From Candidatus Omnitrophica bacterium UBA6215 (GTDB lineage Bacteria > Omnitrophota > Gorgyraeia > Pluralincolimonadales > Pluralincolimonadaceae), in the NCBI GenBank assembly GCA_002421665.1, contig DISH01000004.1, positions 381,900 to 445,899 of the forward strand: a DNA stretch of 64,000 bases, read 5' to 3'. The notes under the pieces are model-generated. The model saw only the letters and a program-made list of their open reading frames with translations. It was not told the origin of the DNA and ran no database searches. Position numbers and translations under genes: made by a program. Of the stretch, positions 8,502-18,266 are shown in pieces. How positions within the stretch are numbered: the stretch's first letter is position 1; each line of letters begins with the position of its first letter.

Positions 8502-11500
8502 ATGTATAAGTTCATCGCGCTCTTTGCCGTTCTGACCGTGTTTTTGTCCGTCGCTCAACTCGCCTTTGCCGATAAGGCATGGAAAGCTTCTGCTTCTACC
8601 ATCGAAGATAAATTTGAGCCCCAGTTTGCCATAGATGGGGACCTTTCTACCCGCTGGTCCAGCCAATTTGCCGATAACCAATGGTGGAAAGTCGATTTGG
8701 GCGGGCCTGTAAATATCAAAAAAATAACGATAATCTGGGAGGACGCCTATGCCGTTGAATACAGGATACTGTATTCAACGGATGGCAAGCAATGGCAGCA
8801 GGTGTTCGAAAATAAGCAGGGCAAAGGCGGTTGTGAAACGTTGGTTATCCAGAGCCCGATAGAGCCCCGTTATATAAGGATGGACTTTGTAAAAAGGGCG
8901 ACCGAATGGGGGAATTCCATAAGGGAGATAAGGTTCAATGACCCGGACCCGATAAAGGTCAGGGCAACCGCTTCTTCGGGGGATTCCGATTACAGCGCGG
9001 ATAAAGCTATTGACGGGAACGTGCAGACCCGTTGGTCAAGCAACTTCGAGGACAACCAATGGTGGCAGGCTGAGTTCGATACTTCCCACAGGATATGCGG
9101 GGTTATACTGAAGTGGGAAACCGCCTTCTCCGAGATATATAATATCGAGGTAAAGGACGCCTCGGGTAAATGGAAAAAAGTATACGAGACCGCAGACGGC
9201 GACGGCAATACGGACATAATCTATTTTACCCCAATAGAGACATCCGCATTGAAGATAAACTGCATACAGAGGGGAACGGGTTGGGGCAATTCACTCTGGG
9301 AGGTCACTTTTCTGGACGGTAGTAACCCTCCCCTTATCTCTTCAACAGGTAAAGTTATAGATATCGGTCTTCCTTCGAGGATGGACCTCGGGGGCATAGT
9401 ACTGTCCTGGGGGGAGAGATATCCAAAAGACTATACGCTCGAGATATCGCCGGACGGTCAGTCCTGGAAAGAAGTGTTTAAGACGTCGGAAGGCAACGGT
9501 AAGAAAGACTGGATATATTTCAAGTCTTCGCCGGTAAAATTGTTCAGGATCAATTGCGCGGGCGCCGTGCCCAAGGGAGGTTTCGAGCTTAAGGGTTTTG
9601 AACCCAAGAGTTCCGAGGAACAGGCTACCCCCATAAAGAGCTACCAGGCGCTGGCCAAGGAGGCGCCTGCGGGATACTACCCGATGTGGCTCAGGAGACT
9701 GCAGGAGTTCTGGACGGTGGTAGGCACCGCAGACTCCAATGATGAAGGCCTGTTGAGTGAAACGGGGACATTCGAACCGTATAAGAACGGTTTTTCGATC
9801 ATGCCTTTCGTTTACGATGGCAGAGAACTTGCAACTTCCGAGAACTGTAAACTTGATCAGAGCCTGCTTGACGATAACCTGCCTATACCGACCGCGAGAT
9901 GGGACCATGGCGATTGGATACTGGATATAACGGCTGTAGCGGTATCTTCGTCGTCATCAGAGGTCAGGTACCGCTTTAAGAATACCGGTAAACAGGTTTT
10001 TACCGGGAATTTGTTCCTGGCCGTAAGGCCCGTCCAGGTCAATCCTGTATGGCAGAGGGGCGGGTTCAGCCCGATTAACAAAGCGGAATGCAGACCCCCG
10101 GTTTTATCCATCAACGGACAGGACAAGATATTATCGGCTGAGCAGGACGTCAAGATGGGTGTCGCCGGGATCGCCTCCGGCGATGTGGTCGAATACATGA
10201 AGAGAGGAGGCCTGCCAACCGCGCAGGAGCTAACTGACCAGGAAGGGATGATTTCCGCCGGGCTCTGCTATGACCTGGTAGCCGCTCCCGGAGAAGTCAG
10301 GGATTTTGTGATACAGGTACCGGCTTCCCGTCCGGCAGAGGATTTCACGAAAGCTTTCGGCCAGCAGCGCGCGTACTGGTCCGATATCGAGAACAGGATA
10401 TTGATAGATATCCCGGAGAAGAGGCTGATAGACGTGATGAGGACGAATATCGCCTATATATTGATCAACAAGGATGGCCCTTGGATAAAGCCCGGGTCGC
10501 GTAATTACAGCCATTCATGGATACGCGACGGCGCGCTTACCAGCGCGGCCCTCCTGAAAATGGGTATCGATAAACCGGTAAAACAGTGGCTCGACGCAGT
10601 TGCGTCGAAAGTTGCGGTTAATGGTTACGTCCCCTACATAGTATTCGAGGACGGTAATCCCGTAGGTTTTAACGATAACGGTTCGGGCGAAGGGGTGGAA
10701 TGGGATGCACAGGGAGAGTTCGTATACGCGGTCCGCAACTATGTGGATTATTCCGGGGACAGGGAGTACCTTCCTGCCGTATATCCAAAAGTTGTAAAGG
10801 CTCTAGAGTTCATAAGGACGCTTCGCCGCCGTAATATGACGAGTGAATTCTCCGGCGATCCCGCCAAGAAAGCTTATTACGGGATATTGCCGAAATCCAA
10901 CAGCCATGAAGGATATTATCCCGCTCAGCATAGTTACTGGGACGATTTCTTCGCGATAAGGGGATTCAAGGACGGCATCTATCTCGCCGAAATGATGGGA
11001 GATACCGAGAATGCCGCATGGATGCAGGAAGAGCTCGATGACTTGCGCAAATGCGTATACGGTTCAATAGAAATCGTTGTAAAGAGGGATAAGCTCGATT
11101 ATATCCCAGGTTGCGTGGAAAAAGGCGATTTTGACGCCACATCCACGGCGATAGCCATAGTTGCCGCCGGAGAGCTTGATTATATGCCAAAGGACCTGCT
11201 GAAAAAGACGTTCGATAAGTACTATAATGATTTCAAGAAAGGGATGGTGCCAGGGCACGAGAGGACATTTACCCCGTACGAGGTCCGTTCCGCCAATGCT
11301 TTCTTCAAGATGGGCATGCGTGACCACGGGTTGACGATGCTGCGTTACTTCGTAAAGGATTCGGTCAGGCCTTACGGATGGAACCACATGGCAGAGGTTG
11401 TGCACGCCAAGCCCCGGGCGCCGTCGTATATCGGAGACATGCCCCATACATGGGTGGGTTCCGGTTACATAGACGCCGTCCGGACGATGTTTGTATATGA

Positions 11501-11732
11501 GGACAACGGTAAGCTTGTGCTCGGCGCCGGCCTTGACCCGGAATGGTTCGAGAAGGGTATAGAGGTAAGGGATCTTCCCACGCTTTACGGCAAAGTATGT
11601 TATAAAATAGTAAAAAAGGAAGATAAAATAGAATATTTTATATATGGCAACGCCAAGCCTCCACGGGGTTTCAAGTTTGTCCTGCCAAAAGAACTTGAGG
11701 GTTGTAAGATCGAGGAGATGCGGGCTGAATGA
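8502..11732 (+). CDS. secreted multi-discoidin (F5/8 type C) domain glycoside hydrolase, six-hairpin / GH15-like catalytic region
   Basis: Signal peptide cleaved after AFA. Three clear ~130-aa discoidin repeats (AIDG..TRWSS.F.DNQWW...I..I.I.WE.A....Y.I..S.DG..W) plus a fourth divergent one. C-terminal ~700 aa carries glucoamylase-like motifs (YSHSWIRDGALTSAALLKMG). Confidence 0.7.
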   Translation: MYKFIALFAVLTVFLSVAQLAFADKAWKASASTIEDKFEPQFAIDGDLSTRWSSQFADNQWWKVDLGGPVNIKKITIIWEDAYAVEYRILYSTDGKQWQQVFENKQGKGGCETLVIQSPIEPRYIRMDFVKRATEWGNSIREIRFNDPDPIKVRATASSGDSDYSADKAIDGNVQTRWSSNFEDNQWWQAEFDTSHRICGVILKWETAFSEIYNIEVKDASGKWKKVYETADGDGNTDIIYFTPIETSALKINCIQRGTGWGNSLWEVTFLDGSNPPLISSTGKVIDIGLPSRMDLGGIVLSWGERYPKDYTLEISPDGQSWKEVFKTSEGNGKKDWIYFKSSPVKLFRINCAGAVPKGGFELKGFEPKSSEEQATPIKSYQALAKEAPAGYYPMWLRRLQEFWTVVGTADSNDEGLLSETGTFEPYKNGFSIMPFVYDGRELATSENCKLDQSLLDDNLPIPTARWDHGDWILDITAVAVSSSSSEVRYRFKNTGKQVFTGNLFLAVRPVQVNPVWQRGGFSPINKAECRPPVLSINGQDKILSAEQDVKMGVAGIASGDVVEYMKRGGLPTAQELTDQEGMISAGLCYDLVAAPGEVRDFVIQVPASRPAEDFTKAFGQQRAYWSDIENRILIDIPEKRLIDVMRTNIAYILINKDGPWIKPGSRNYSHSWIRDGALTSAALLKMGIDKPVKQWLDAVASKVAVNGYVPYIVFEDGNPVGFNDNGSGEGVEWDAQGEFVYAVRNYVDYSGDREYLPAVYPKVVKALEFIRTLRRRNMTSEFSGDPAKKAYYGILPKSNSHEGYYPAQHSYWDDFFAIRGFKDGIYLAEMMGDTENAAWMQEELDDLRKCVYGSIEIVVKRDKLDYIPGCVEKGDFDATSTAIAIVAAGELDYMPKDLLKKTFDKYYNDFKKGMVPGHERTFTPYEVRSANAFFKMGMRDHGLTMLRYFVKDSVRPYGWNHMAEVVHAKPRAPSYIGDMPHTWVGSGYIDAVRTMFVYEDNGKLVLGAGLDPEWFEKGIEVRDLPTLYGKVCYKIVKKEDKIEYFIYGNAKPPRGFKFVLPKELEGCKIEEMRAE

Positions 11733-12526
11733 TAATCGATATCCATACGCATGCCTGGCCCGGTAAGGTATCGGAAAGGGCCAGAGACAATCTTGAATCG
11801 CTGTTCGGCGAGAAGATGGTCTGCGACCCCACGGCAGATAATCTTCTCCGGCATATGGACAAAAATTCCATAGACGTGAGCGTCATATGTTCCGTGGCCA
11901 CGAAACCGGTACAGGTCCCGGCGATAAATGACTGGCTCTTTAAGACCCGCGACAAAAGGTTGCGGGTCTTTTGCTCCATACACCCGGCTTACGATAAATG
12001 GAAGGAAGAGCTTAGGAAGATAAAAGACTCGGGAGACGGCATAAAGCTGCAGCCGGAGTTCCAGGATTTTTTCGTCGATGACGATATATTAATGCCGCTT
12101 TACGAGGAAATGGAAGCACTTGATATTCCTGTATTGTTCCATTGCGGCGAAGAACTTTCAGGGACGATGAAGGTGCATTCGTCCCCGTCCAGGATATTGC
12201 GCATAAGGGAGAAATTCCCTCGCCTGAGGATGGTAGGCGCTCATTTCGGCGGTTTTAGGCTTTGGAAAGAGACCAAAGAATATCTGATAGGCAAGGATAT
12301 ATATCTTGATACTTCGTTCTTCTTCGGCTACTTGCCCGATGCGGATGCCAGGCAGATGTTGTTGGCTCATCGGCCGGACAGGATACTCTTCGGAACGGAT
12401 TTCCCCCTCGTTGATCAGCGTAAGGACCTGGAGTATATCAGGAAGATGGATATTCCCGCAGAACTCAAAGAAAGGATACTGGGGCTTAACGCCGAAAGAT
12501 TATTGGAACAGAAGGCGGGTGTTTGA
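11729..12526 (+). CDS. amidohydrolase-2 family metal-dependent hydrolase (TIM barrel)
   Basis: N-terminus MIIDIHTHAWPG with conserved His/Asp ladder (HCGEE, GAHFGG, FGTDFP). Start overlaps the upstream stop. Confidence 0.7.
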   Translation: MIIDIHTHAWPGKVSERARDNLESLFGEKMVCDPTADNLLRHMDKNSIDVSVICSVATKPVQVPAINDWLFKTRDKRLRVFCSIHPAYDKWKEELRKIKDSGDGIKLQPEFQDFFVDDDILMPLYEEMEALDIPVLFHCGEELSGTMKVHSSPSRILRIREKFPRLRMVGAHFGGFRLWKETKEYLIGKDIYLDTSFFFGYLPDADARQMLLAHRPDRILFGTDFPLVDQRKDLEYIRKMDIPAELKERILGLNAERLLEQKAGV

Positions 12527-12554
12527 GTTGCGATAAAACATTTCCCTGATTTTT

Positions 12555-12583
12555 CTTTACAACACGGCTTCCCAATCGTATAA
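12555..12583 (+). promoter_or_regulatory. near-consensus sigma70 promoter for recA: TTTACA, 17 nt spacer, TATAAT
   Basis: TTTACA at 12555-12560 and TATAAT at 12578-12583. Leaves a ~125-nt leader with an imperfect hairpin (cttcgtcat...atgacaggcgaag) before the SD AAGGAGGG. Confidence 0.5.
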
Positions 12584-12713
12584 TATTTACATAAAATCGG
12601 AGAAAAACAGCCCGCCAAGCGATTAATTTGAAAGAAAATCCCTCAAAGCTTCGTCATTATATGACAGGCGAAGTCCTTTGATCATAACCCGTAAAACTTA
12701 AGGAGGGTAAGAT

Positions 12714-13739
12714 ATGGCAAGGAAGGAAGATAAGCAGCAGGATAAAGAGAAGGCGACTTCGGAGCGCACCAAGGCCCTTGAGCTTGCGCTGGCACACATT
12801 GAAAAACAGTTCGGCAAGGGCTCTATAATGAAGCTCGGCGAAGAGACTCATGCAAAGGTCGAATCCATTCCTACCGGGGCGCTGTCGCTGGATACGGCCA
12901 TCGGAGTAGGAGGCATACCCAGAGGCCGCGTAATAGAGATATACGGGCCGGAATCATCCGGGAAGACCACCCTCTCACTGAGCATAATATCGGAGGCGCA
13001 GAAGAAGGGCGGCGTGGCAGCTTTCATAGATGCAGAGCATGCTTTTGACTCAGCATATGCGAGGAAACTCGGCGTGAACCTCGATGACCTTTTGATATCG
13101 CAGCCCGACTCCGGAGAACAGGCGCTGGAGATCTGCGAGACCCTGGTAAAATCGAGTGCGGTTGACGTAGTTGTCGTAGATTCCGTCGCAGCTCTTGTCC
13201 CGCGCGCCGAAATAGAGGGCGAGATGGGTGATTCCCACGTAGGTCTGCAGGCAAGGCTCATGTCACAGGCCCTTCGCAAGCTGACCTCTTCGATAAGCAA
13301 ATCTAAGACCGCTGTCATATTCATCAATCAGATAAGGGAAAAGATAGGCGTTATGTTCGGTAACCCGGAGACCACGCCTGGAGGCCGTGCCTTGAAATTC
13401 TACTCATCGGTCAGGCTTGATATAAGACGCATAGACAATATTAAGCAAAATGACCAATCGGTAGGCAGCAGGGTGAGGGTCAAGGTCGTAAAGAACAAAG
13501 TCGCTGCGCCTTTCAGGCAGGCGGAATTTGATATAATTTTCAACGAGGGCATATCAAGAACGGGTGACATTATAGACATAGCCGCCAACCTCGGGATAAT
13601 CGAGAAGAGCGGGTCCTGGCTGACTTACGGTGATGAAAAGATAGGTCAGGGAAGGGAGAATGCCAAGACCTTCCTAAAAGAAAACCCGAAGCTTTTACAT
13701 GAACTCGAGAAGAAGATCAGGGAAACGGCTATCGCATAA
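12714..13739 (+). CDS. recA: recombinase RecA
   Basis: Walker [10 protein letters not shown], RecA core IDAEHAFD, L2 loop region. SD AAGGAGGG 6 nt upstream. Confidence 0.97.
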   Translation: MARKEDKQQDKEKATSERTKALELALAHIEKQFGKGSIMKLGEETHAKVESIPTGALSLDTAIGVGGIPRGRVIEIYGPESSGKTTLSLSIISEAQKKGGVAAFIDAEHAFDSAYARKLGVNLDDLLISQPDSGEQALEICETLVKSSAVDVVVVDSVAALVPRAEIEGEMGDSHVGLQARLMSQALRKLTSSISKSKTAVIFINQIREKIGVMFGNPETTPGGRALKFYSSVRLDIRRIDNIKQNDQSVGSRVRVKVVKNKVAAPFRQAEFDIIFNEGISRTGDIIDIAANLGIIEKSGSWLTYGDEKIGQGRENAKTFLKENPKLLHELEKKIRETAIA

Positions 13740-13767
13740 TAAATGGAATTTTAAGGGGGGGATCGAA

Positions 13768-15174
13768 ATGTTTAGGCGATCGGTCATAGCAGTCTTTGGC
13801 ATTTTGTTGTTGTTCTGGTTTGGTTATGGCGTTTCTGCCGAAATGCAGGACCTCGCCGCCGTAAAATCACTGGAGAATGCCTTTGCGAACGTCGCGGACA
13901 GTGTTGGCCCGTCAGTGGTCTCTATCTCGACCGTACATACAGCGAAGATAGGTGGTTCAAGGCTCGGGAACGATGAGACGTTCCGGCAATTCTTCAAGGA
14001 TTTTTTCGGCGATATCCCGGAACGCGAATATATGCAAAGGGGAATCGGATCGGGTTTTATAATAGATAAAGACGGATATATATTGACCAACCAGCATGTT
14101 GTAGGATCGGCCGACAAGATCGAGGTAATACTGTCTGACGGCAGGAAGTTTCCCGCGAAGATAATGGGCCAGGATATGAGAGCAGACCTGGCGGTGCTGA
14201 AGATAAACGCAGCCGATCTTAAGGCCCTTGGACTTGACGACTCGGACAAGGTCAGGATCGGCCAATTTGCGATAGCCATAGGTAACCCGTTCGGCATAGC
14301 CGCCAAACCTACGGTCACTGTAGGTGTAGTAAGCGCCCTTAACAGGTCGCTGCCCAGGTCCTCAAGGGGCGATCGTGATTACTCGGACCTTATACAGACA
14401 GATGCGGCCATCAATCCCGGTAACAGCGGCGGTCCGCTTGTCGATATCGACGGAAAGGTAATCGGCATCAATGTGGCGATAATATCGACTACCGGAGGCT
14501 ATCAGGGAATAGGATTTGCCATACCCATAAACGTAGCCAAGAGGGTCCTTAATGACCTTATATCGGGCAAGAAGGTGCTTTACGGTTGGCTCGGTGTAAA
14601 CGTCCAGGATATCGACGAGGACCTTGCCAAGAGCTTTGGGATCACGGACACCAAAGGCGTTGTAGTCGCCAAGGTCATGGCGGACAGCCCCGCCGAAAGA
14701 GGCAAGATGAAGACAGGTGACATCATAAAGAGCTTTGACGGTAAACCGGTTGAAAATGTGCGCGAGCTTTTGAAGCTGGTGGGACGGGCTCCGATAGGCA
14801 ATAAGATAAAGGTCGGCGTCATCAGGGACAAGAGGGATATAATCCTCGATATAGTAATTGCCCAGAGACCGGATTCGCTTGAGGATACCGCAGGAGATGA
14901 GCCGGGAGGAGGAGCCTGGCGCGGCATAAATGTTACCGAGAAAGAAGGTCAGGTCATAGTCTCGGATGTTGAACCCGGGAGTCCGGCTGATATGGCAGGC
15001 CTGAGGCCGGGAGACAGGATAATCGAGCTCAACAGGCAATCCATAAAATCTGCGGCTGACTACAATAAAGTAATAAAGGCTGCCAAGGGGGATGTCCTGT
15101 TATTGACCGCAAGGGGTTACGCCGTTATCAAGGAAGAGATTAAAGAAGGGCGGGAAAACGACGGGAACCGTTAA
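13768..15174 (+). CDS. htrA: Do/DegP/HtrA family periplasmic serine protease with two PDZ domains
   Basis: Signal peptide MFRRSVIAVFGILLLFWFGYGVSA. Catalytic triad context (TNQHVV, DLAVLKI, GNSGGPL). Two PDZ domains. SD GGGGGG 7 nt upstream of the ATG at 13768. The track ORF start 13699 would overlap recA. Confidence 0.9.
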   Translation: MFRRSVIAVFGILLLFWFGYGVSAEMQDLAAVKSLENAFANVADSVGPSVVSISTVHTAKIGGSRLGNDETFRQFFKDFFGDIPEREYMQRGIGSGFIIDKDGYILTNQHVVGSADKIEVILSDGRKFPAKIMGQDMRADLAVLKINAADLKALGLDDSDKVRIGQFAIAIGNPFGIAAKPTVTVGVVSALNRSLPRSSRGDRDYSDLIQTDAAINPGNSGGPLVDIDGKVIGINVAIISTTGGYQGIGFAIPINVAKRVLNDLISGKKVLYGWLGVNVQDIDEDLAKSFGITDTKGVVVAKVMADSPAERGKMKTGDIIKSFDGKPVENVRELLKLVGRAPIGNKIKVGVIRDKRDIILDIVIAQRPDSLEDTAGDEPGGGAWRGINVTEKEGQVIVSDVEPGSPADMAGLRPGDRIIELNRQSIKSAADYNKVIKAAKGDVLLLTARGYAVIKEEIKEGRENDGNR

Positions 15175-15256
15175 CAGCGGAGAGGACAAGGAATTACAAA
15201 AAGCGAGGGCGGACGCCTTAAGGCTTTTAAGGTTCCGCCCCCGCAGTATCAAGGAG

Positions 15257-15664
15257 ATGGCCCTGCGCTTGAAGCAGAAGGGCCATCGCGGCGTTATAAT
15301 AGCTGTAACGATAGACAGCCTCAAAACTAAGGGCATGCTTGACGATCTGGCTTTCGCGAAGTTGTGGATAGGCAACAGGATGTCGCTGAAACCTGCAGGG
15401 AAGAGCCTTATAATTGGGGAACTGAGGTCTAAAGGTATCAACGATGCTACGATTGATGAGGCTTTCGGCGGGTACGAAGGTTCATACAAAGAATACGAGT
15501 TGGCGCTGCCGCTTGCCCGAAAAAAGATAAGAACGATCAAAGGGGTTGAGCCCGAAAAGGCCAAGAGGAAGGTCTTCGATTTTTTAGTAAGAAGGGGCTT
15601 TTCCCGTAACACCATCTGGAAGGTTATCAAAGATAATTATGACTACGGACCAACTGAGGAGTAA
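15257..15664 (+). CDS. recX: recombination regulator RecX. Coordinates run from the first ATG, but the true N-terminus probably lies upstream near 15180.
   Basis: RecX three-helix repeats. The conserved N-terminal helix (ARADALRLLRFRPRSIKEMALRLKQKG) is encoded in-frame upstream of the first ATG with no ATG, GTG or TTG available. Confidence 0.75.
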   Translation: MALRLKQKGHRGVIIAVTIDSLKTKGMLDDLAFAKLWIGNRMSLKPAGKSLIIGELRSKGINDATIDEAFGGYEGSYKEYELALPLARKKIRTIKGVEPEKAKRKVFDFLVRRGFSRNTIWKVIKDNYDYGPTEE

Positions 15665-18266
15665 ATTCCTGGCCTTTTTTGAGAGCAAAGGGCATCCTGC
15701 AATCCCATCGGATTCCCTTGTCCCCAAGGACGACCCTACGGTCCTCTTTACAAGTGCCGGTATGAACCAGTTCAAAGATTATTTTCTCGGCAAGCGCAAG
15801 GACCTCAAGCGCGCAGCCAGCTGCCAGAAATGCTTAAGGACCGGAGACCTGGATAATGTCGGAAAAACCCCTTCGCACCATTCCTTCTTCGAGATGCTGG
15901 GCAACTTCTCTTTTGGGGACTATTTCAAGGAAGAGGCGATAGCCTGGGCATGGGAATTCCTCACGAAAGAGCTTGGAATGAAAGAAGAGGACCTGTGGGT
16001 ATCCGTTTACAAGGATGACGATGAAGCCCGCAGGATATGGAAGGACAAAATAAAGGTCCCGGAAGAGCGAATAGTCAAGTTCGGAGCTAAAGATAATTTT
16101 TGGCCCGCTAATGCGCCTGAAGACGGCCCAAACGGCCCATGCGGGCCGTGTTCCGAGATATATTTTGACCGTGGCGAAAAATACGGGTGCGGGAAACCCG
16201 GCTGCAAACCGGGATGTTGCCGCAGGCATGTGGAGGTTTGGAACCTGGTCTTTACACAATTCAACAGGACCGGCCTGAATACATTGGAACCTTTGCCCAA
16301 TAAGAACATCGATACCGGTATGGGCCTTGAGAGGCTTGCATCGGTCATGCAGGGAGTTTCTACAAATTTTGAGACGGATATATTCAAGCCTGTAATCGAT
16401 GAGATCGAATGTCTGGCCGGAAAAGCGGATATTACCCACAGGAATGCTATCGCAGACCATGCAAGGGCCGCGGTGTTCTGTATAGCCGATGGTGTCCTGC
16501 CTGCCAATACCGGCAGAGGCTATGTGCTCAAGACCCTTATAAGGCGTTCTCTCGTACACGGCAAGTTCCTCGGCCTTAATGAGCCTTTTCTCTATAAGCT
16601 AGTGGATAGTGTCATACGGGCCATGAAAGGCGGATACCCGGATATAGCCGAACGCAGGGAGAATATCAGTATAATAATAAAGTCCGAAGAGGAAAAATTT
16701 TTTCGGATAAACGAGGATGTCAGGGCCGACCTCGAGATACTTGCCGCCGCGCTCAAAGAGGCCGGTAAAGATTTAATACCGGGCAACAGGGTATTCTATT
16801 TCCATGATACCCGCGGACTTCCAATAGACCTGATGAGGGAGTTCGCCTCCGATGAAGGCCTGGCGCTCGATATGGACGGCTATGAAAAACTTATGGATGA
16901 GCAGCGCAGGAAATCCCGCGGGTCGACAAAATTGACCGGGGAGGTCTTCGCCGAGACCCTTAGCGCGGCGGTCCTGGGAACCGGCAGCAGTTCAAAGTTT
17001 ACCGGTTACGAGACATTGGCCTGTGACGCCAAGATCATTGCCTTGCTTAAGGATAATAAGACAGTGGGATCGATAACAGTCCCCTGTGAATTTGCGGTCG
17101 TTCTTGATGTCACTCCTTTTTACGGCGAGACCGGCGGGCAGGTGGGGGATACAGGCGTTATAAAAGGGGACGGATACGAGGTAGAGGTTACGGATACCAA
17201 GCTCGTAGAAAGGATCCCCGTGCACATATGCCGCATAAAATCCGGTGAAGTAAAGACCGGAGACAAGGTAAAAGCGGAGGTAGACGGTACAAGGAGGGCG
17301 GCGATAGCGCGCCATCATACCGCCACTCATCTATTGCAAGCTGCCTTAAGGCAGGTTTTAGGGAAACACGTTAACCAATCGGGTTCCCTTGTCGCGCCTG
17401 ACAGGCTGAGGTTCGATTTTACCCATTTCAAACCAATGAGCGCCGAAGAGATCAGGGCCGTCGAAGCCCTGGTAAATGAGAATATACGAAAAAATTCTGC
17501 GCTCAGCGTAAGCATCATGGACATAGGCGAAGCGAAGAAGGCCGGAGCTACGGCATTGTTCGGTGAAAAATACGACAAGAATGTCCGTGTTATCGATATA
17601 AGAGGCGTATCAAAAGAACTTTGCGGCGGTACCCATCTGCGGGCTACCGGAGAGATAGGCCTCTTCAAGATCGTGGGCGAGGGTTCTGTCGCCGCCGGGA
17701 TAAGGAGGATCGAGGCGGTAGCCGGTGAAGCGGCATATAAGAACATAAAGGAATCGGAAGCCCTCCTGAAAGAGATTGCGGATTCCCTGATGGTAAGACC
17801 TGAAATGCTGCCCAAGCAGATCGAAGAGCTTATTTTTAAAGTCGGAGGTCTCGAGAAGAAGCTTAAGAATTTCCAGTCAGGATGGATTAAAGATAAAGCA
17901 AAAGAACTTGTCTCCGGAAAGGAATTATTGGATAATGGTATTGCTATTGTAGCAGGCAGGATAGACGGTTGCGGCCCTGACACGCTCGTAAATCTTACCG
18001 ATGCTGTCAAATCCTCTCTCGGGAATAGGGTTGTAAGTATCTTTGCCGGTGCTTATGAAGGCAAGGCGTTCATAGTCTCCGGGATAACAAAGGACTTGGC
18101 CGGGGAGGGTCTTGATGCGCGCTTAACGGTAAAAGCAATGTCGAAGCTGATATCCGGCGGCGGAGGCGGGCGTCCGGATCTCTCGCAAGCAGGAGGCAGG
18201 GACATATCCAGGATCGATGAAGCGATAAAGGCCGGGGTCGAGGCCGTAAAAGGGATGGTCAAATGA
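15639..18266 (+). CDS. alaS: alanine--tRNA ligase
   Basis: Class II AlaRS N-terminus (FLAFFESKGH...LFTSAGMNQFK). Editing domain HxxxH (HHTATHLL). C-terminal DHHA1-like region (GGGGGRPDLSQAGG). Confidence 0.97.
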   Translation: MTTDQLRSKFLAFFESKGHPAIPSDSLVPKDDPTVLFTSAGMNQFKDYFLGKRKDLKRAASCQKCLRTGDLDNVGKTPSHHSFFEMLGNFSFGDYFKEEAIAWAWEFLTKELGMKEEDLWVSVYKDDDEARRIWKDKIKVPEERIVKFGAKDNFWPANAPEDGPNGPCGPCSEIYFDRGEKYGCGKPGCKPGCCRRHVEVWNLVFTQFNRTGLNTLEPLPNKNIDTGMGLERLASVMQGVSTNFETDIFKPVIDEIECLAGKADITHRNAIADHARAAVFCIADGVLPANTGRGYVLKTLIRRSLVHGKFLGLNEPFLYKLVDSVIRAMKGGYPDIAERRENISIIIKSEEEKFFRINEDVRADLEILAAALKEAGKDLIPGNRVFYFHDTRGLPIDLMREFASDEGLALDMDGYEKLMDEQRRKSRGSTKLTGEVFAETLSAAVLGTGSSSKFTGYETLACDAKIIALLKDNKTVGSITVPCEFAVVLDVTPFYGETGGQVGDTGVIKGDGYEVEVTDTKLVERIPVHICRIKSGEVKTGDKVKAEVDGTRRAAIARHHTATHLLQAALRQVLGKHVNQSGSLVAPDRLRFDFTHFKPMSAEEIRAVEALVNENIRKNSALSVSIMDIGEAKKAGATALFGEKYDKNVRVIDIRGVSKELCGGTHLRATGEIGLFKIVGEGSVAAGIRRIEAVAGEAAYKNIKESEALLKEIADSLMVRPEMLPKQIEELIFKVGGLEKKLKNFQSGWIKDKAKELVSGKELLDNGIAIVAGRIDGCGPDTLVNLTDAVKSSLGNRVVSIFAGAYEGKAFIVSGITKDLAGEGLDARLTVKAMSKLISGGGGGRPDLSQAGGRDISRIDEAIKAGVEAVKGMVK

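Noticed and set aside
13699-13767. Upstream extension of htrA overlapping the recA 3' end
   Set aside because: The ATG at 13768 has a proper SD and begins a canonical signal peptide. The extension would add a charged, non-conserved leader.
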